This document shows, piece by piece, positions 40,807 through 50,151 of a DNA stretch of 64,000 nucleotides (position 1 is its first letter; each line of letters opens with the position of its first letter). The notes below the pieces were generated by a model. The model had not been told where the DNA came from, made no database searches, and worked only from the letters and a program-made list of their open reading frames with translations. Origin of the DNA: Minisyncoccota bacterium (GTDB lineage Bacteria; Patescibacteriota; Minisyncoccia; Phycocordibacterales; UBA9973); contig DAONFW010000005.1 of the NCBI GenBank assembly GCA_035403785.1, positions 3,045-67,044 on the forward strand, read 5' to 3'. The translations under genes were made by a program, and so were the position numbers.

Positions 40807-41037
40807 ACAGTTTTATATTATTTATAAACAAATAAAAAAGCCGCGAGGCCTTTAGATGCATAAAATAATATCACACTTTTTAAAAATAGGCAATTAAAAA
40901 TTAAAGCAATACTTTAAAAGTATAAGGTAGCTTAAAAAGCTAATCACTAAAATTATTTATTTAGCAACAAAAAAGCCCGTCCAAAACAAAATACGACGGG
41001 CTCTTTTTATTTTCTAACAAATAGACTTAAATTCAGC

Positions 41038-41253
41038 TTATATTAATTTTTTTAATTCAGCTTCATACTTTGTCATAACTTCCATTGAAGCCTGCATTTG
41101 ATCCATACCACCTTTAACTTTTGCTTGAATTTCAGAAGCAATTGTTTTAAAAAGTTCTGGATTCTTTTCCATCATATTAATAACCATATCTATTTGAGAT
41201 TCTGGCACTCCTTGTTTTCGGAGCATTTTCTTAAGTAAAAAATTTTTAAACAT
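41038..41253 (-). CDS. Small hypothetical protein
   Basis: 71 aa, helical; TATAAT 7 nt before the ATG and a hairpin terminator downstream. Confidence 0.7.
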   Translation of the reverse strand: MFKNFLLKKMLRKQGVPESQIDMVINMMEKNPELFKTIASEIQAKVKGGMDQMQASMEVMTKYEAELKKLI

Positions 41254-41322
41254 GTGCTCTATTATATTAGTTTTTTAAGAAAGCGCAAAATATATTTAAA
41301 AATGAATAATATTTCACAATTT

Positions 41323-41351
41323 TGTAAGATTTTGTCAAGTTACACGTCTTA
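41323..41351 (+). promoter_or_regulatory. ECF-sigma-type promoter, copy 1 (TGTAAG-16-CGTCTTA)
   Basis: Same boxes and spacing as 41653-41681. Confidence 0.7.
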
Positions 41352-41394
41352 ACCTATAGAACAGTACAAATTATAAATTTCAAAAAAAACAAAC

Positions 41395-41550
41395 ATGATG
41401 GAACAAAATTTAACTTTAGCTGAGAGTGCATTATTACTTGTCGCTTTCTTGGGAACAATTTGTTTATTTGTTATCCTCGAAAACAACTTCGGAAAAATTA
41501 AAAACAAGTTTTTTAATATCAAAAAAATGATTTTTCACCAGGAACAGTAA
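41395..41550 (+). CDS. Small single-TM protein (51 aa)
   Basis: Own translation MMEQNLTLAESALLLVAFLGTICLFVILENNFGKIKNKFFNIKKMIFHQEQ; flanked by an ECF-type promoter and a terminator. Confidence 0.6.
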   Translation: MMEQNLTLAESALLLVAFLGTICLFVILENNFGKIKNKFFNIKKMIFHQEQ

Positions 41551-41576
41551 CAAGCTAAACACACATCAAAATAAGC

Positions 41577-41615
41577 AACCCAGACTTCCCTAACCGGAGG
41601 CTGGGTTCTTTTTTC
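41577..41615 (+). terminator. Intrinsic terminator
   Basis: aacccag...ctgggtt stem followed by a T-run. Confidence 0.7.
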
Positions 41616-41652
41616 TTATTTTTAAAAATGTTATTATTATATAAGGAGATTT

Positions 41653-41681
41653 TGTAAGAATTTTTGTGCTCAAACGTCTTA
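41653..41681 (+). promoter_or_regulatory. ECF-sigma-type autoregulatory promoter, copy 2
   Basis: TGTAAG-16-CGTCTTA immediately before the sigma ATG. Confidence 0.72.
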
Positions 41682-41682
41682 T

Positions 41683-42198
41683 ATGACAGGAAAAGTAAAT
41701 CAAAATTTAGAAGCATCTTTTGCTCAGTACTATGACCAGTATTCTGACGCTATTTTTAGATATTGTCTTTACCAGACTTCCAATCGTGAAAAAGCTCTTG
41801 ATCTAACTCAAGACACTTTTATTAAAACTTGGGAATATTTATCAAGTGGAAGCAAAGTGGAAAATATTAAAGCTTTTTTGTACAAAGTAGCAAATAATTT
41901 GATTATTGATTACAGAAGAAAGAAAAAATCTGAATCACTAGATCAAATGATGGAAAAAGGACTTGATATTGGAAATGGAATCAACGACATGGAGCAAGCA
42001 GAAAATATCTACGAAAAAAATACTATTTTGCAAGCCATGAATCAGCTTGAAGAAAAATATCGAGATGTTTTAACTTTGCGTTTTATAGAAAATTTAAGTG
42101 TAAAAGAAATAGCAAAAGTACTTAAAAAAACCGAAAACAATATTTCTGTGAGAATACACAGAGGTATTCAGAAATTGAAAGAAATTTTAGAAAAATAA
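41683..42198 (+). CDS. ECF RNA polymerase sigma factor
   Basis: DLTQDTFIKTW, FLYKVANNLIIDYRR (region 2); LSVKEIAKVL..RIHRG (region 4). Confidence 0.93.
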   Translation: MTGKVNQNLEASFAQYYDQYSDAIFRYCLYQTSNREKALDLTQDTFIKTWEYLSSGSKVENIKAFLYKVANNLIIDYRRKKKSESLDQMMEKGLDIGNGINDMEQAENIYEKNTILQAMNQLEEKYRDVLTLRFIENLSVKEIAKVLKKTENNISVRIHRGIQKLKEILEK

Positions 42199-42208
42199 AA
42201 AAATTAAA

Positions 42209-43162
42209 ATGGAAGAACAATTCAACAATTTAATAACCAAAATAAGAAATGAAAAAATGACCGAAAATGAAAAAGCGGCTATTTGGTTTAGAGTTGAAAC
42301 TTTCGCAAAAAATAATCCGGTTGGTTCTTCTAAATTAGTAAAATATCCATACTTCTCTGCTCATCATTTTTTCACTGCAGGAAAAGTATTTGCTACAAGT
42401 ATTCTCCTTGTAGTTTTTGGATTTGGTGGACTTTCATATTCTTCAGCGTCTTCCCTTCCAGGAGATCTTTTATATTCAATAAAAATAAATGTTAACGAAA
42501 AAATAGAGGAAAAATTAACTTTTACTCCTGAGAAAAAAATAAATTTAAGAAAGAAAAGAATTGAAACCAGACTGACAGAAGTTGAATCTTTAATTAAAGA
42601 AAATAAAGTAACCAAAAAAAACAGAGAAATCGTAGAAAAAAACATTAAAGTAGAAAAAGAAAAAATAGAAAGTGAGCTAAAACAGATTCAAGAACAAAAT
42701 CCAGAAATAGCTGTAGCCGCTAAAGCAGAAATAGAGAATTCTATTAAAGACCATCAGGAAAAAATAGACTCTCTAATGCAAGAAAAAATTGATTCTGAAG
42801 TAACAGACGACCCAACAATAGACTCAGAAACTTCAGTTAATACAACAGAAAACACTGAAAACGAAGCAACTACAAATTCACCAGCAATTTCTAACGAAAC
42901 AGAAAATTTAAATTCAGCAGAAATTACTGAAAACCAAACTCCAATCCAGGCAACACAAGAAACTCAGCAAAATACAGCAACAGAAACTACGGCAGTTACC
43001 CAAGAAGCTGCAACAGTAGGAGTAGAAGCAAAAAAAGAAGTTAAAAATCAAGAAACTTTGCTACTCATCAACAGCCTCAAAACCATCACCGCTATCAGCG
43101 ACACTACTCTTTCTTCTGACAAAATAGATAGCGAGAGCGCCGACACACAAGAAAGCGAATAA
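42209..43162 (+). CDS. Putative anti-sigma factor (single TM, SLPGDLLY / DUF5667-like domain, low-complexity tail)
   Basis: Directly downstream of the ECF gene; TM followed by SSLPGDLLYSIK. Confidence 0.7.
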   Translation: MEEQFNNLITKIRNEKMTENEKAAIWFRVETFAKNNPVGSSKLVKYPYFSAHHFFTAGKVFATSILLVVFGFGGLSYSSASSLPGDLLYSIKINVNEKIEEKLTFTPEKKINLRKKRIETRLTEVESLIKENKVTKKNREIVEKNIKVEKEKIESELKQIQEQNPEIAVAAKAEIENSIKDHQEKIDSLMQEKIDSEVTDDPTIDSETSVNTTENTENEATTNSPAISNETENLNSAEITENQTPIQATQETQQNTATETTAVTQEAATVGVEAKKEVKNQETLLLINSLKTITAISDTTLSSDKIDSESADTQESE

Positions 43163-44506
43163 CCCGAAAATAAATAAATATTTACCATTAAGCCCACTCA
43201 AAATCGGAGCACTGGCTAATTTATTTTTATTTTCATTAGAGTTTTCATCTAACTCTTCTTCTCCTTCTTTTTCTGATTTTGCTTTTATTTCATCTTCTGA
43301 TTCTTGATTATTAGAATTATTATTTTCTACTCTTTTTACTGGAGCTGATTTTGAATTAAAATCATAAACAACTTCACCGTTGGGCATAATCAATTTCAAA
43401 TCTTTTTCGTCCCCTTTCATAAATCCAGAAATTCTTCCAGGTATCGTTATAAAATTTTCAGCGGTAATTACTGTGTTTTTTGGAATTGAAAAATTTTTTC
43501 CACCAGAAGATAAAATCCAATTTGAAACATCAATTTTGTAATTAGCATTGTTAGTAAGTTCAATAAAGAAATCTTTATAGTCTCCGACATTACTAATCGA
43601 AACAGTTAACGGTACAACTTTTACAACCAAATTAACTGTTATCTCTGGAATTACAGAATCTTTCTTTTTAAAATATTCTAAAGAAACATTATATTCACCA
43701 GGATAATAATAAGTGTGCGTAAATTTTTCAAAACCGCCTTCTACTTTTTTTGAATCACCATCACCAAAATTCCAAAAATATTTTCCGCAGGCGTATGTCT
43801 CGTCTCCATATTTTACATCTAAATTAAACTCAATTGGCTGACCCGCAAAAGCCAAAGTCGGAGCCAAAATATTTGCTCTAAAAGTTGGCTTAACTTTTGG
43901 TTTATCTTTTTGGGAACCAGAAGAATTAGAACTGCCACCAGAAGAACCTGAATTATTATTTGTATTTTCATTATTTTCTTCATTATTACTTCCAGAATTT
44001 TCATCACTAGAATTAGAACTATTTTGGTTCAAAGCTTTTGGCGTAGGCGTGGCTGTCACCCAGCTTGAATTAATTTTTTGAAAACTTTTTCCGTCAGTTG
44101 CTGTTCCTAGATTTGCCATGTCCATCAGATCACTCAGACTATACAAAAGAATTTGATTATTATTTGCGATAGTGTTGGAACTTGCCCAAGTTGCATCAGC
44201 TGGCACATTTCCAACATAACCATTTTCATTCACAACAAGAAAATATCCACCAGCTAGAATCGTCTTTCCTTCCAACCTGCTTGCCGCAACAAGCGAATAT
44301 TCAGCGCCAGAAGACGTTCTCTTTTTCAAAAACCAATTTGTTAAATCAATATCAGAACTGCTGTCATTGTATAATTCGATAAATTCATCAGTAGCAGAAC
44401 TTCCCCCAACTTGCACTTCGTTAATAATCACGCTGGCACCGGCGACTTTGAACGAAAAAACAAAAATAAAAAACACGAAGACAAAACTGATTTTCTTTTT
44501 TAACAT
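43061..44506 (-). CDS. Surface protein with lamin-tail-like and PKD domains and a C-terminal TM anchor
   Basis: VIINEV..DEFIELYN, WNFGDG..HTYYYPGEYNV, signal peptide and C-terminal TM. Confidence 0.85.
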   Translation of the reverse strand: MLKKKISFVFVFFIFVFSFKVAGASVIINEVQVGGSSATDEFIELYNDSSSDIDLTNWFLKKRTSSGAEYSLVAASRLEGKTILAGGYFLVVNENGYVGNVPADATWASSNTIANNNQILLYSLSDLMDMANLGTATDGKSFQKINSSWVTATPTPKALNQNSSNSSDENSGSNNEENNENTNNNSGSSGGSSNSSGSQKDKPKVKPTFRANILAPTLAFAGQPIEFNLDVKYGDETYACGKYFWNFGDGDSKKVEGGFEKFTHTYYYPGEYNVSLEYFKKKDSVIPEITVNLVVKVVPLTVSISNVGDYKDFFIELTNNANYKIDVSNWILSSGGKNFSIPKNTVITAENFITIPGRISGFMKGDEKDLKLIMPNGEVVYDFNSKSAPVKRVENNNSNNQESEDEIKAKSEKEGEEELDENSNENKNKLASAPILSGLNGKYLFIFGLFAFLCVGALAIYFVRRKSSVADSGDGFEAVDE

Positions 44507-44617
44507 AAATTATTTAAAAAATTTTAATATGTTATAATAATAACACTTGTCCCGTTTAAAAAATAGCGGGAAAAGCAAGAATCTAATAAATTTTATTAAA
44601 TTAATTTTTTAAATAGG

Positions 44618-45613
44618 ATGAAAAAGATAGATTTTTTAGCTATTGGTGACATGACTATTGATGCTTTCATCAAGCTAAACGATGCACACGTTCATAAAAA
44701 TATTGATAATCCAGAAAGCAACGAATTATGTTTTCGTTTTGGGGACAAAATTCCTTTTGATTCTGTAACAATCGTCTCAGCTGTTGGAAATAGTCCAAAC
44801 GCAGCAGTTGCCGCTTCTAGACTTGGTTTAAATTCTGCACTAATTACAAATATTGGAAATGACAGAGATGGAAAAGATTGCTTAGAAGTTTTAAAAAAAG
44901 AAAAAGTAAAAACAAAATTTGTAAATATAGAAAAAAATAAAAAAACAAATTACCACTATGTGCTTTGGTATGGCACAGATAGAACAATTTTGGTTAAACA
45001 CACAGAGTTTGAATATAAATTTCCAAAACTTCCAAAAGTTTCTTGGATTTATTTGAGTTCTCTCGCTGAAAATTCTTTAGAGCATCATAAACTAATAGTA
45101 GATTTTTTGGAAAGACATCCAGAAACAAAATTAGCTTTTCAGCCTGGAACTTTTCAAATGAAATTCGGCGCTGAAAAACTAAAAGATATTTATGCACACA
45201 CTGAAATATTCTTCTGTAATCTAGAAGAAGCTGAAAGAATTTTAGGCGTTCAAAATAAAAATGTTTTAGAATTATCTCAAGGAATTCATGCTTTAGGTCC
45301 AAAAATAGTTTCAATCAGTGACGGTACAAATGGCGCTTATATGTATTTGAATAACGAACTCTGGCAAATTCCAATTTACCCAGATAAAACTCCAGCGCTA
45401 GAAAGAACCGGTGCCGGAGATGCTTTTTCTTCTTCAATCACCGCTGGATTAGCAATAGGACTTTCCCCTCTCAATGCTTTTGCTTGGGGACCAATAAACG
45501 CCATGAGCGTAGTACAAAAAATCGGTTCACAAGCTGGTTTACTTTCTAGAAAAAAACTAGAAGCTTATTTAAAAACTGCGCCAGAAAATTTTAAAATTAA
45601 AAAAATAAATTAA
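44618..45613 (+). CDS. PfkB-family carbohydrate kinase
   Basis: GNSPNAAVAASRLG, ERTGAGDAFSS. Confidence 0.92.
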   Translation: MKKIDFLAIGDMTIDAFIKLNDAHVHKNIDNPESNELCFRFGDKIPFDSVTIVSAVGNSPNAAVAASRLGLNSALITNIGNDRDGKDCLEVLKKEKVKTKFVNIEKNKKTNYHYVLWYGTDRTILVKHTEFEYKFPKLPKVSWIYLSSLAENSLEHHKLIVDFLERHPETKLAFQPGTFQMKFGAEKLKDIYAHTEIFFCNLEEAERILGVQNKNVLELSQGIHALGPKIVSISDGTNGAYMYLNNELWQIPIYPDKTPALERTGAGDAFSSSITAGLAIGLSPLNAFAWGPINAMSVVQKIGSQAGLLSRKKLEAYLKTAPENFKIKKIN

Positions 45614-45636
45614 AAAATAAAAATATTTAAAATAAT

Positions 45637-45978
45637 ATGAATAACATGGAGGGAAATAAAGAAATTATAAAAAAAATAGCAGAGGGAGAAGTTCCGTTTC
45701 AAGATATAATAAAAAAAATGGAGTTATTTTTAGACATGAAAGACGCAATAGAAGAACTTAAAGAAGTCAAAGAATTATCCGAAGACGAAGGAACATTTAA
45801 AGAGGCTGAACAACAAATATCTTTAGCAGAAGAAGATTTAGCTTGTCTAAACAAAGAAATTGCAAAATTTTTTCAGGAAGATCGAAAAGAATTATATTCT
45901 TTTGATGAAATTGGAATAAAACTAAAAGAATTGTACAAAAAACAATACGAGATAAAAAAACAAATAGACTCTAATTAA
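45637..45978 (+). CDS. Hypothetical coiled-coil protein
   Basis: 113 aa E/K-rich ORF filling the gap between convergent genes. Confidence 0.6.
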   Translation: MNNMEGNKEIIKKIAEGEVPFQDIIKKMELFLDMKDAIEELKEVKELSEDEGTFKEAEQQISLAEEDLACLNKEIAKFFQEDRKELYSFDEIGIKLKELYKKQYEIKKQIDSN

Positions 45979-46981
45979 ATTTTCTTTTCCAAACTTTTCT
46001 CACTGCATTTTTGATAGCATCTTTGTCTAAACCATAATGCTTAAGTAATTCTTTTGTTGTACCAGACTGTCCAAATTTATCTTTTACTCCAACAAACTCG
46101 ATTGGCACAGGATAAGTTTGAGACAAAATTTCTGAAACCAACGAACCAATTCCGCCGGCAACTTGGTGGTCTTCTACTGTTACTAAACATTTTGCTTCTC
46201 TTGCTAATTTTATTATTCCATCTTGATCAACAGGCTTAATAGAAGCCAGATTCATAACTTTCACTTTTAAACCTTCTTCTGCTTCAAGTTCTTTCGCAGC
46301 AAGAATCGCATGATAAAGCATTTCACCTGTTGCGATGATTCCAACTTGCGCAATACCAATTTCTGGCAACCAAAAAATTTCAGATTTTCCTAACCTGAAC
46401 GGTGTTTCTTCCGTTGTAATAATAGGTGTTTTGTCTCGAACCAATCTTAAATAAGATGGTTTTTTTGTTTTACTGATAGCCAAAGTAATTTTCTTGGCTT
46501 CTATCGCATCACACGGTGAGAAGACTTCCATATTCGGCATCACTCGCATCAAAGCAATATCTTCGAGCATCTGGTGACTTCCACCATCTGGGCCAACTGT
46601 CACGCCAGTATGACTTCCAACGATTTTCACCGGCATATCATTATATGCGATAGTAGTTCTGATTTGCTCCCAATTTCTCCCAGGCGAAAAAATTGCATAA
46701 GAACCACAAAACGGAATTTTCCCCATTTTTGCCATACCAGAAGCTGTAGTCACAAGATTTTGTTCAGCTACACCGACTTCTATAAATTTATTTTCTTTCT
46801 CAAATTTTTCTGCAAAAAAATGCATCTGCACGCTTTCTTTCAAGTCGGCACAAAGAGCCACAACATTTTTGTCTTGCTCTCCCGCTTGCACAAGGCCTTT
46901 GCCAAAACCTTCACGCGTAGAAATTTTTTCTACATCTTCGTTAAATAATTTACTGTTTAGTTTTAATTTTGGATTTAGCAT
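45971..46981 (-). CDS. Transketolase, C-terminal subunit
   Basis: GVAEQNL, GPDGGSHQ, TVEDH, DKFGQSG. Confidence 0.93.
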   Translation of the reverse strand: MLNPKLKLNSKLFNEDVEKISTREGFGKGLVQAGEQDKNVVALCADLKESVQMHFFAEKFEKENKFIEVGVAEQNLVTTASGMAKMGKIPFCGSYAIFSPGRNWEQIRTTIAYNDMPVKIVGSHTGVTVGPDGGSHQMLEDIALMRVMPNMEVFSPCDAIEAKKITLAISKTKKPSYLRLVRDKTPIITTEETPFRLGKSEIFWLPEIGIAQVGIIATGEMLYHAILAAKELEAEEGLKVKVMNLASIKPVDQDGIIKLAREAKCLVTVEDHQVAGGIGSLVSEILSQTYPVPIEFVGVKDKFGQSGTTKELLKHYGLDKDAIKNAVRKVWKRKFN

Positions 46982-46984
46982 AAA

Positions 46985-47323
46985 TTATAAATTAGATTCT
47001 AGTTTTGCTTTTTTAATCGCCTCACCAAGCTGATCAGTCATTGGCTTATACCCCCTAGCATTTCTATTATCTATCATAAGTACTTCTTTTCCACCCATTT
47101 TAATTATACTCAAACCAAAACAACCACCCGGTCTTTGGTCTTTCCCCTGCCTTAAACTTTCTTTTGTTTCTTCTATCCTGTATGAAAAATTACTATCATC
47201 TAAAGCTTTACCAACTTTCATTGCAAATTCGATCAAATCTTCTTTCTCACCAGAAACAATATAAACATCTCCGTTTTCCCTAACTTCTATATTAAATTTT
47301 GGCTTTAGTATTTGTTCTATCAT
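46985..47323 (-). CDS. Hypothetical protein between the transketolase halves
   Basis: 112 aa, tightly packed and co-oriented. Confidence 0.65.
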   Translation of the reverse strand: MIEQILKPKFNIEVRENGDVYIVSGEKEDLIEFAMKVGKALDDSNFSYRIEETKESLRQGKDQRPGGCFGLSIIKMGGKEVLMIDNRNARGYKPMTDQLGEAIKKAKLESNL

Positions 47324-47333
47324 ATAATTTAAA

Positions 47334-48182
47334 CTATATCGGCTTATTTGTTTCTAATTCTTTCAACGCCATTTTTGCTTCTTGTTTGCTTGGCGCCTTT
47401 CCATGCCACCTGTAATCATTTTCCCAAGCTTTTACGCCTTTACCTGGAATTGTTTTCGCAATAATTACGGTCGGTTTTTCTTTGCTTTCTTTTGCTTCTT
47501 CTACTGCCTCGTTAATTTTTCCAAAATCATGTCCTGAGGTTTCTAAAACATTCCAATGAAAAGATTTAAATTTTTCTGGTAAAGATTCGAGCGGCATTAT
47601 ATCTTCAGTATTTCCACTCAACTGAATTTTGTTTCTATCAATTATTACTATTAGGTTATTTAATTTATTTTTTCCTGCCAACATGAAACCTTCCCATGTA
47701 TTTCCTTCATCTAATTCTCCATCAGATAAAATACAGAAAATTTTTCTTTCGTTATTTTTTCTATCGATTCTATCAGCCAGCGCGATCCCGACAGACTGAG
47801 ACAAACCAGAGCCAAGTGGTCCAGAAGAAGTTTCTAAAAAGTTTAAATATTCTCTATGCGGATGACCTTGAAGCCTAGAACCAAATTTTCTTAAAGTTTT
47901 TAATTCTTCTAAACCAAAATATCCAGCGTGCGCAAGAGTTGCATATAAAACCGGACAAATGTGCCCATTAGACAAAACCAAAATATCTCTATCCGGCCAA
48001 AATGGATCTTTGGGATTATGCTTCAAAATATGAAAATAAAACAAAGTAAAAATATCAGTCATGCCAAGCGCGCCAGCAGTATGTCCAGAACCTGCTTCAG
48101 CAAGCATTTTAATAATATCTTGTCTGATTTCATTAGCAATCTTTTTTAATTTTAAAATTTTATCATCTGTTAAATATGCCAT
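47334..48182 (-). CDS. Transketolase, N-terminal subunit
   Basis: GSGHTAG, LSNGH, LQGHP, SDGELDEG TPP motif, WHGKAP. Confidence 0.93.
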   Translation of the reverse strand: MAYLTDDKILKLKKIANEIRQDIIKMLAEAGSGHTAGALGMTDIFTLFYFHILKHNPKDPFWPDRDILVLSNGHICPVLYATLAHAGYFGLEELKTLRKFGSRLQGHPHREYLNFLETSSGPLGSGLSQSVGIALADRIDRKNNERKIFCILSDGELDEGNTWEGFMLAGKNKLNNLIVIIDRNKIQLSGNTEDIMPLESLPEKFKSFHWNVLETSGHDFGKINEAVEEAKESKEKPTVIIAKTIPGKGVKAWENDYRWHGKAPSKQEAKMALKELETNKPI

Positions 48183-48257
48183 ATATTTTTAGTTCTTTTA
48201 TTCTTGTCCCGTAGGAAGATTTGCTTTCCTTCGGGATTTTGATCATTCAAAAAAGCC

Positions 48258-48327
48258 ATCCCAGTACTAAAATTTAAATTAATAATTTTAAACCTTTATT
48301 TATCCCGCGCTGATTTTAGTACGGGAC
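48258..48327 (-). repeat. Inverted-repeat element GTCCCGTACTAAA...TTTAGTACTGGGAT (copy 2)
   Basis: Arms match 20501-20604; interiors differ. Confidence 0.75.
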
Positions 48328-48413
48328 AAGTTAATCTAATTATACTAAAAAAACTTTATAAAAACTATCAGAAAAGCTATAATAAGAACATTAACAAGTT
48401 TTAAATAATTATT

Positions 48414-49112
48414 ATGCAAACAAAAAATAAAATTTTAATGCAACAGGCAAAAGAATCACTGAAAGGAAAATGGTGGCCAGCTGTCGCTGTTTCTGTTGTG
48501 TATATTCTTATCACAGTAGGGGTAAGATCAATACCAACTGTTGGGCCAATTGCACAACTTATTATTACCGGACCATTTATGCTTGGTTTAACAATATTTG
48601 TTTTAAATATTTCAAAAAACCAAAAAGCAGAAGTTCCTCAAATTTTTGATGGTTTTAAAAATTTTTGGAAAGCGGTAGGAACCTATCTTCTAATGGTACT
48701 GTTTATTATGTTGTGGTCTCTTTTACTTATCGTACCAGGAATAATCGCTGGTTTTTCCTATGCCATGACTTTTTACATTCTTGTAGAAAATCCAAAAATG
48801 AAACCAATGGATATTTTACGCAGTAGTAAAAAAATGATGCGCGGCAACAAATGGAAACTATTTTGTTTAAGTTGGAGATTTTTCGGATGGGGACTTTTAT
48901 GTATTTTAACAGCAGGAATCGGATTTTTCTGGTTGATTCCTTATATGAATACAACTTTTGCAAAATTCTATGAAGACATCAAGAAAAACCCTGCGCCAGA
49001 AAAAAAGAAAAAGAAAAGCTACGATAAAGATAAAAAAGAAGAAGAGACAGTAGAAATCGAAGAAGAAATTGTTGTTATAAAAGAAAAATTCGTTCCAGAA
49101 GAGCTAGAATAA
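48414..49112 (+). CDS. DUF975-family membrane protein
   Basis: AKESLKGKW, LWSLLLIVPGII..YAM, SKKMMRGNKWKLF, WLIPY. Confidence 0.88.
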   Translation: MQTKNKILMQQAKESLKGKWWPAVAVSVVYILITVGVRSIPTVGPIAQLIITGPFMLGLTIFVLNISKNQKAEVPQIFDGFKNFWKAVGTYLLMVLFIMLWSLLLIVPGIIAGFSYAMTFYILVENPKMKPMDILRSSKKMMRGNKWKLFCLSWRFFGWGLLCILTAGIGFFWLIPYMNTTFAKFYEDIKKNPAPEKKKKKSYDKDKKEEETVEIEEEIVVIKEKFVPEELE

Positions 49113-49146
49113 TGAAATAAAAAAAAGGGGCATTTGCCCCTTTTTG

Positions 49147-49263
49147 CTACTTTTGATACATTTTACGCCTGTTGGCATAAAAAGCTTTTTCAGCTTCTGC
49201 CATGTAGGCGATATTTTTTTTAATCAAAACCTGATCTTTTTTTGAAACTTTTTCCTTTGCCAT
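49147..49263 (-). CDS. Putative small basic protein (38 aa)
   Basis: MAKEKVSKKDQVLIKKNIAYMAEAEKAFYANRRKMYQK; own promoter (49407-49435), 5' hairpin and 3' terminator. Confidence 0.45.
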   Translation of the reverse strand: MAKEKVSKKDQVLIKKNIAYMAEAEKAFYANRRKMYQK

Positions 49264-49443
49264 ATTCTTAAATTTTAATTGGTGAGTTTTTGTAAAAGAC
49301 ACAAAATATCTACTACAAAAACTCACCAAAAACTATTTCAAAAAACAAATTTTTTCTTTTAATGATTATACAATAAAAGATACAAAATTAAATAAATTTA
49401 TTAAAAATAATAACATTAATTTTAGTAAAAGTCAAGATGTGTA

Positions 49444-50145
49444 CTATCCTAAATTTTCGAACTCGCTAATAGTCTCTCGAATATCTACTGATTTTAAAAT
49501 AGCATTTCCAGCTACTAATCTATTCACACCGGCATCTACCAATTCCTGCGCTGTGTCTAGATTTACTCCCCCATCTACTGAAATAATCAGATCAGGATAT
49601 TTTTCTTTTAGTTTCTTAATCTGCTCCAAAACTCTTTCATCAAAATCTTGCCCTTGAAAACCAATTTTTTCAATTCCCATACACTGCACGAAATCTACAT
49701 GGTTTATCAAACTCAAAACCTGCTCTGTAATTTCAGTATCTACATTGATTGCAATTCCCATCTGAATAGAATCACGAATATACACATCCATGCCTTCTAA
49801 AAAGTTTTTAAACTCATTCAAATTACCTACAGCTTCAACATGAAAAACAACTCTTTTCGGTCCAAGTTTTGTATAAATATCAAAATTTTCTACAGCATCT
49901 GCAACCATGAGATCTAATTCAAATTCTATGTCTTCCCAAAAAGGCATGCCTTCTTCTTCATTCATAATTCTGTGAAAATTCATATCATCAGCGCCACCAG
50001 TAGTAAAAGGCCAAGTTTTATTCTTTACAAAAACTCCATCACACAAATCTATCTGCACAACTGGAACAATTCCACGCACAAGCGCGATTTTGTTTTTCAT
50101 ATCTTCATAATTTTGTGACAAAACTGCCGGGATTACTTCAATCAT
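49444..50145 (-). CDS. rpe: Ribulose-phosphate 3-epimerase
   Basis: QIDLCDGVFV, DLMV, GFQGQDF, SVDGGVN. Confidence 0.88.
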   Translation of the reverse strand: MIEVIPAVLSQNYEDMKNKIALVRGIVPVVQIDLCDGVFVKNKTWPFTTGGADDMNFHRIMNEEEGMPFWEDIEFELDLMVADAVENFDIYTKLGPKRVVFHVEAVGNLNEFKNFLEGMDVYIRDSIQMGIAINVDTEITEQVLSLINHVDFVQCMGIEKIGFQGQDFDERVLEQIKKLKEKYPDLIISVDGGVNLDTAQELVDAGVNRLVAGNAILKSVDIRETISEFENLG

Positions 50146-50151
50146 ATATTA

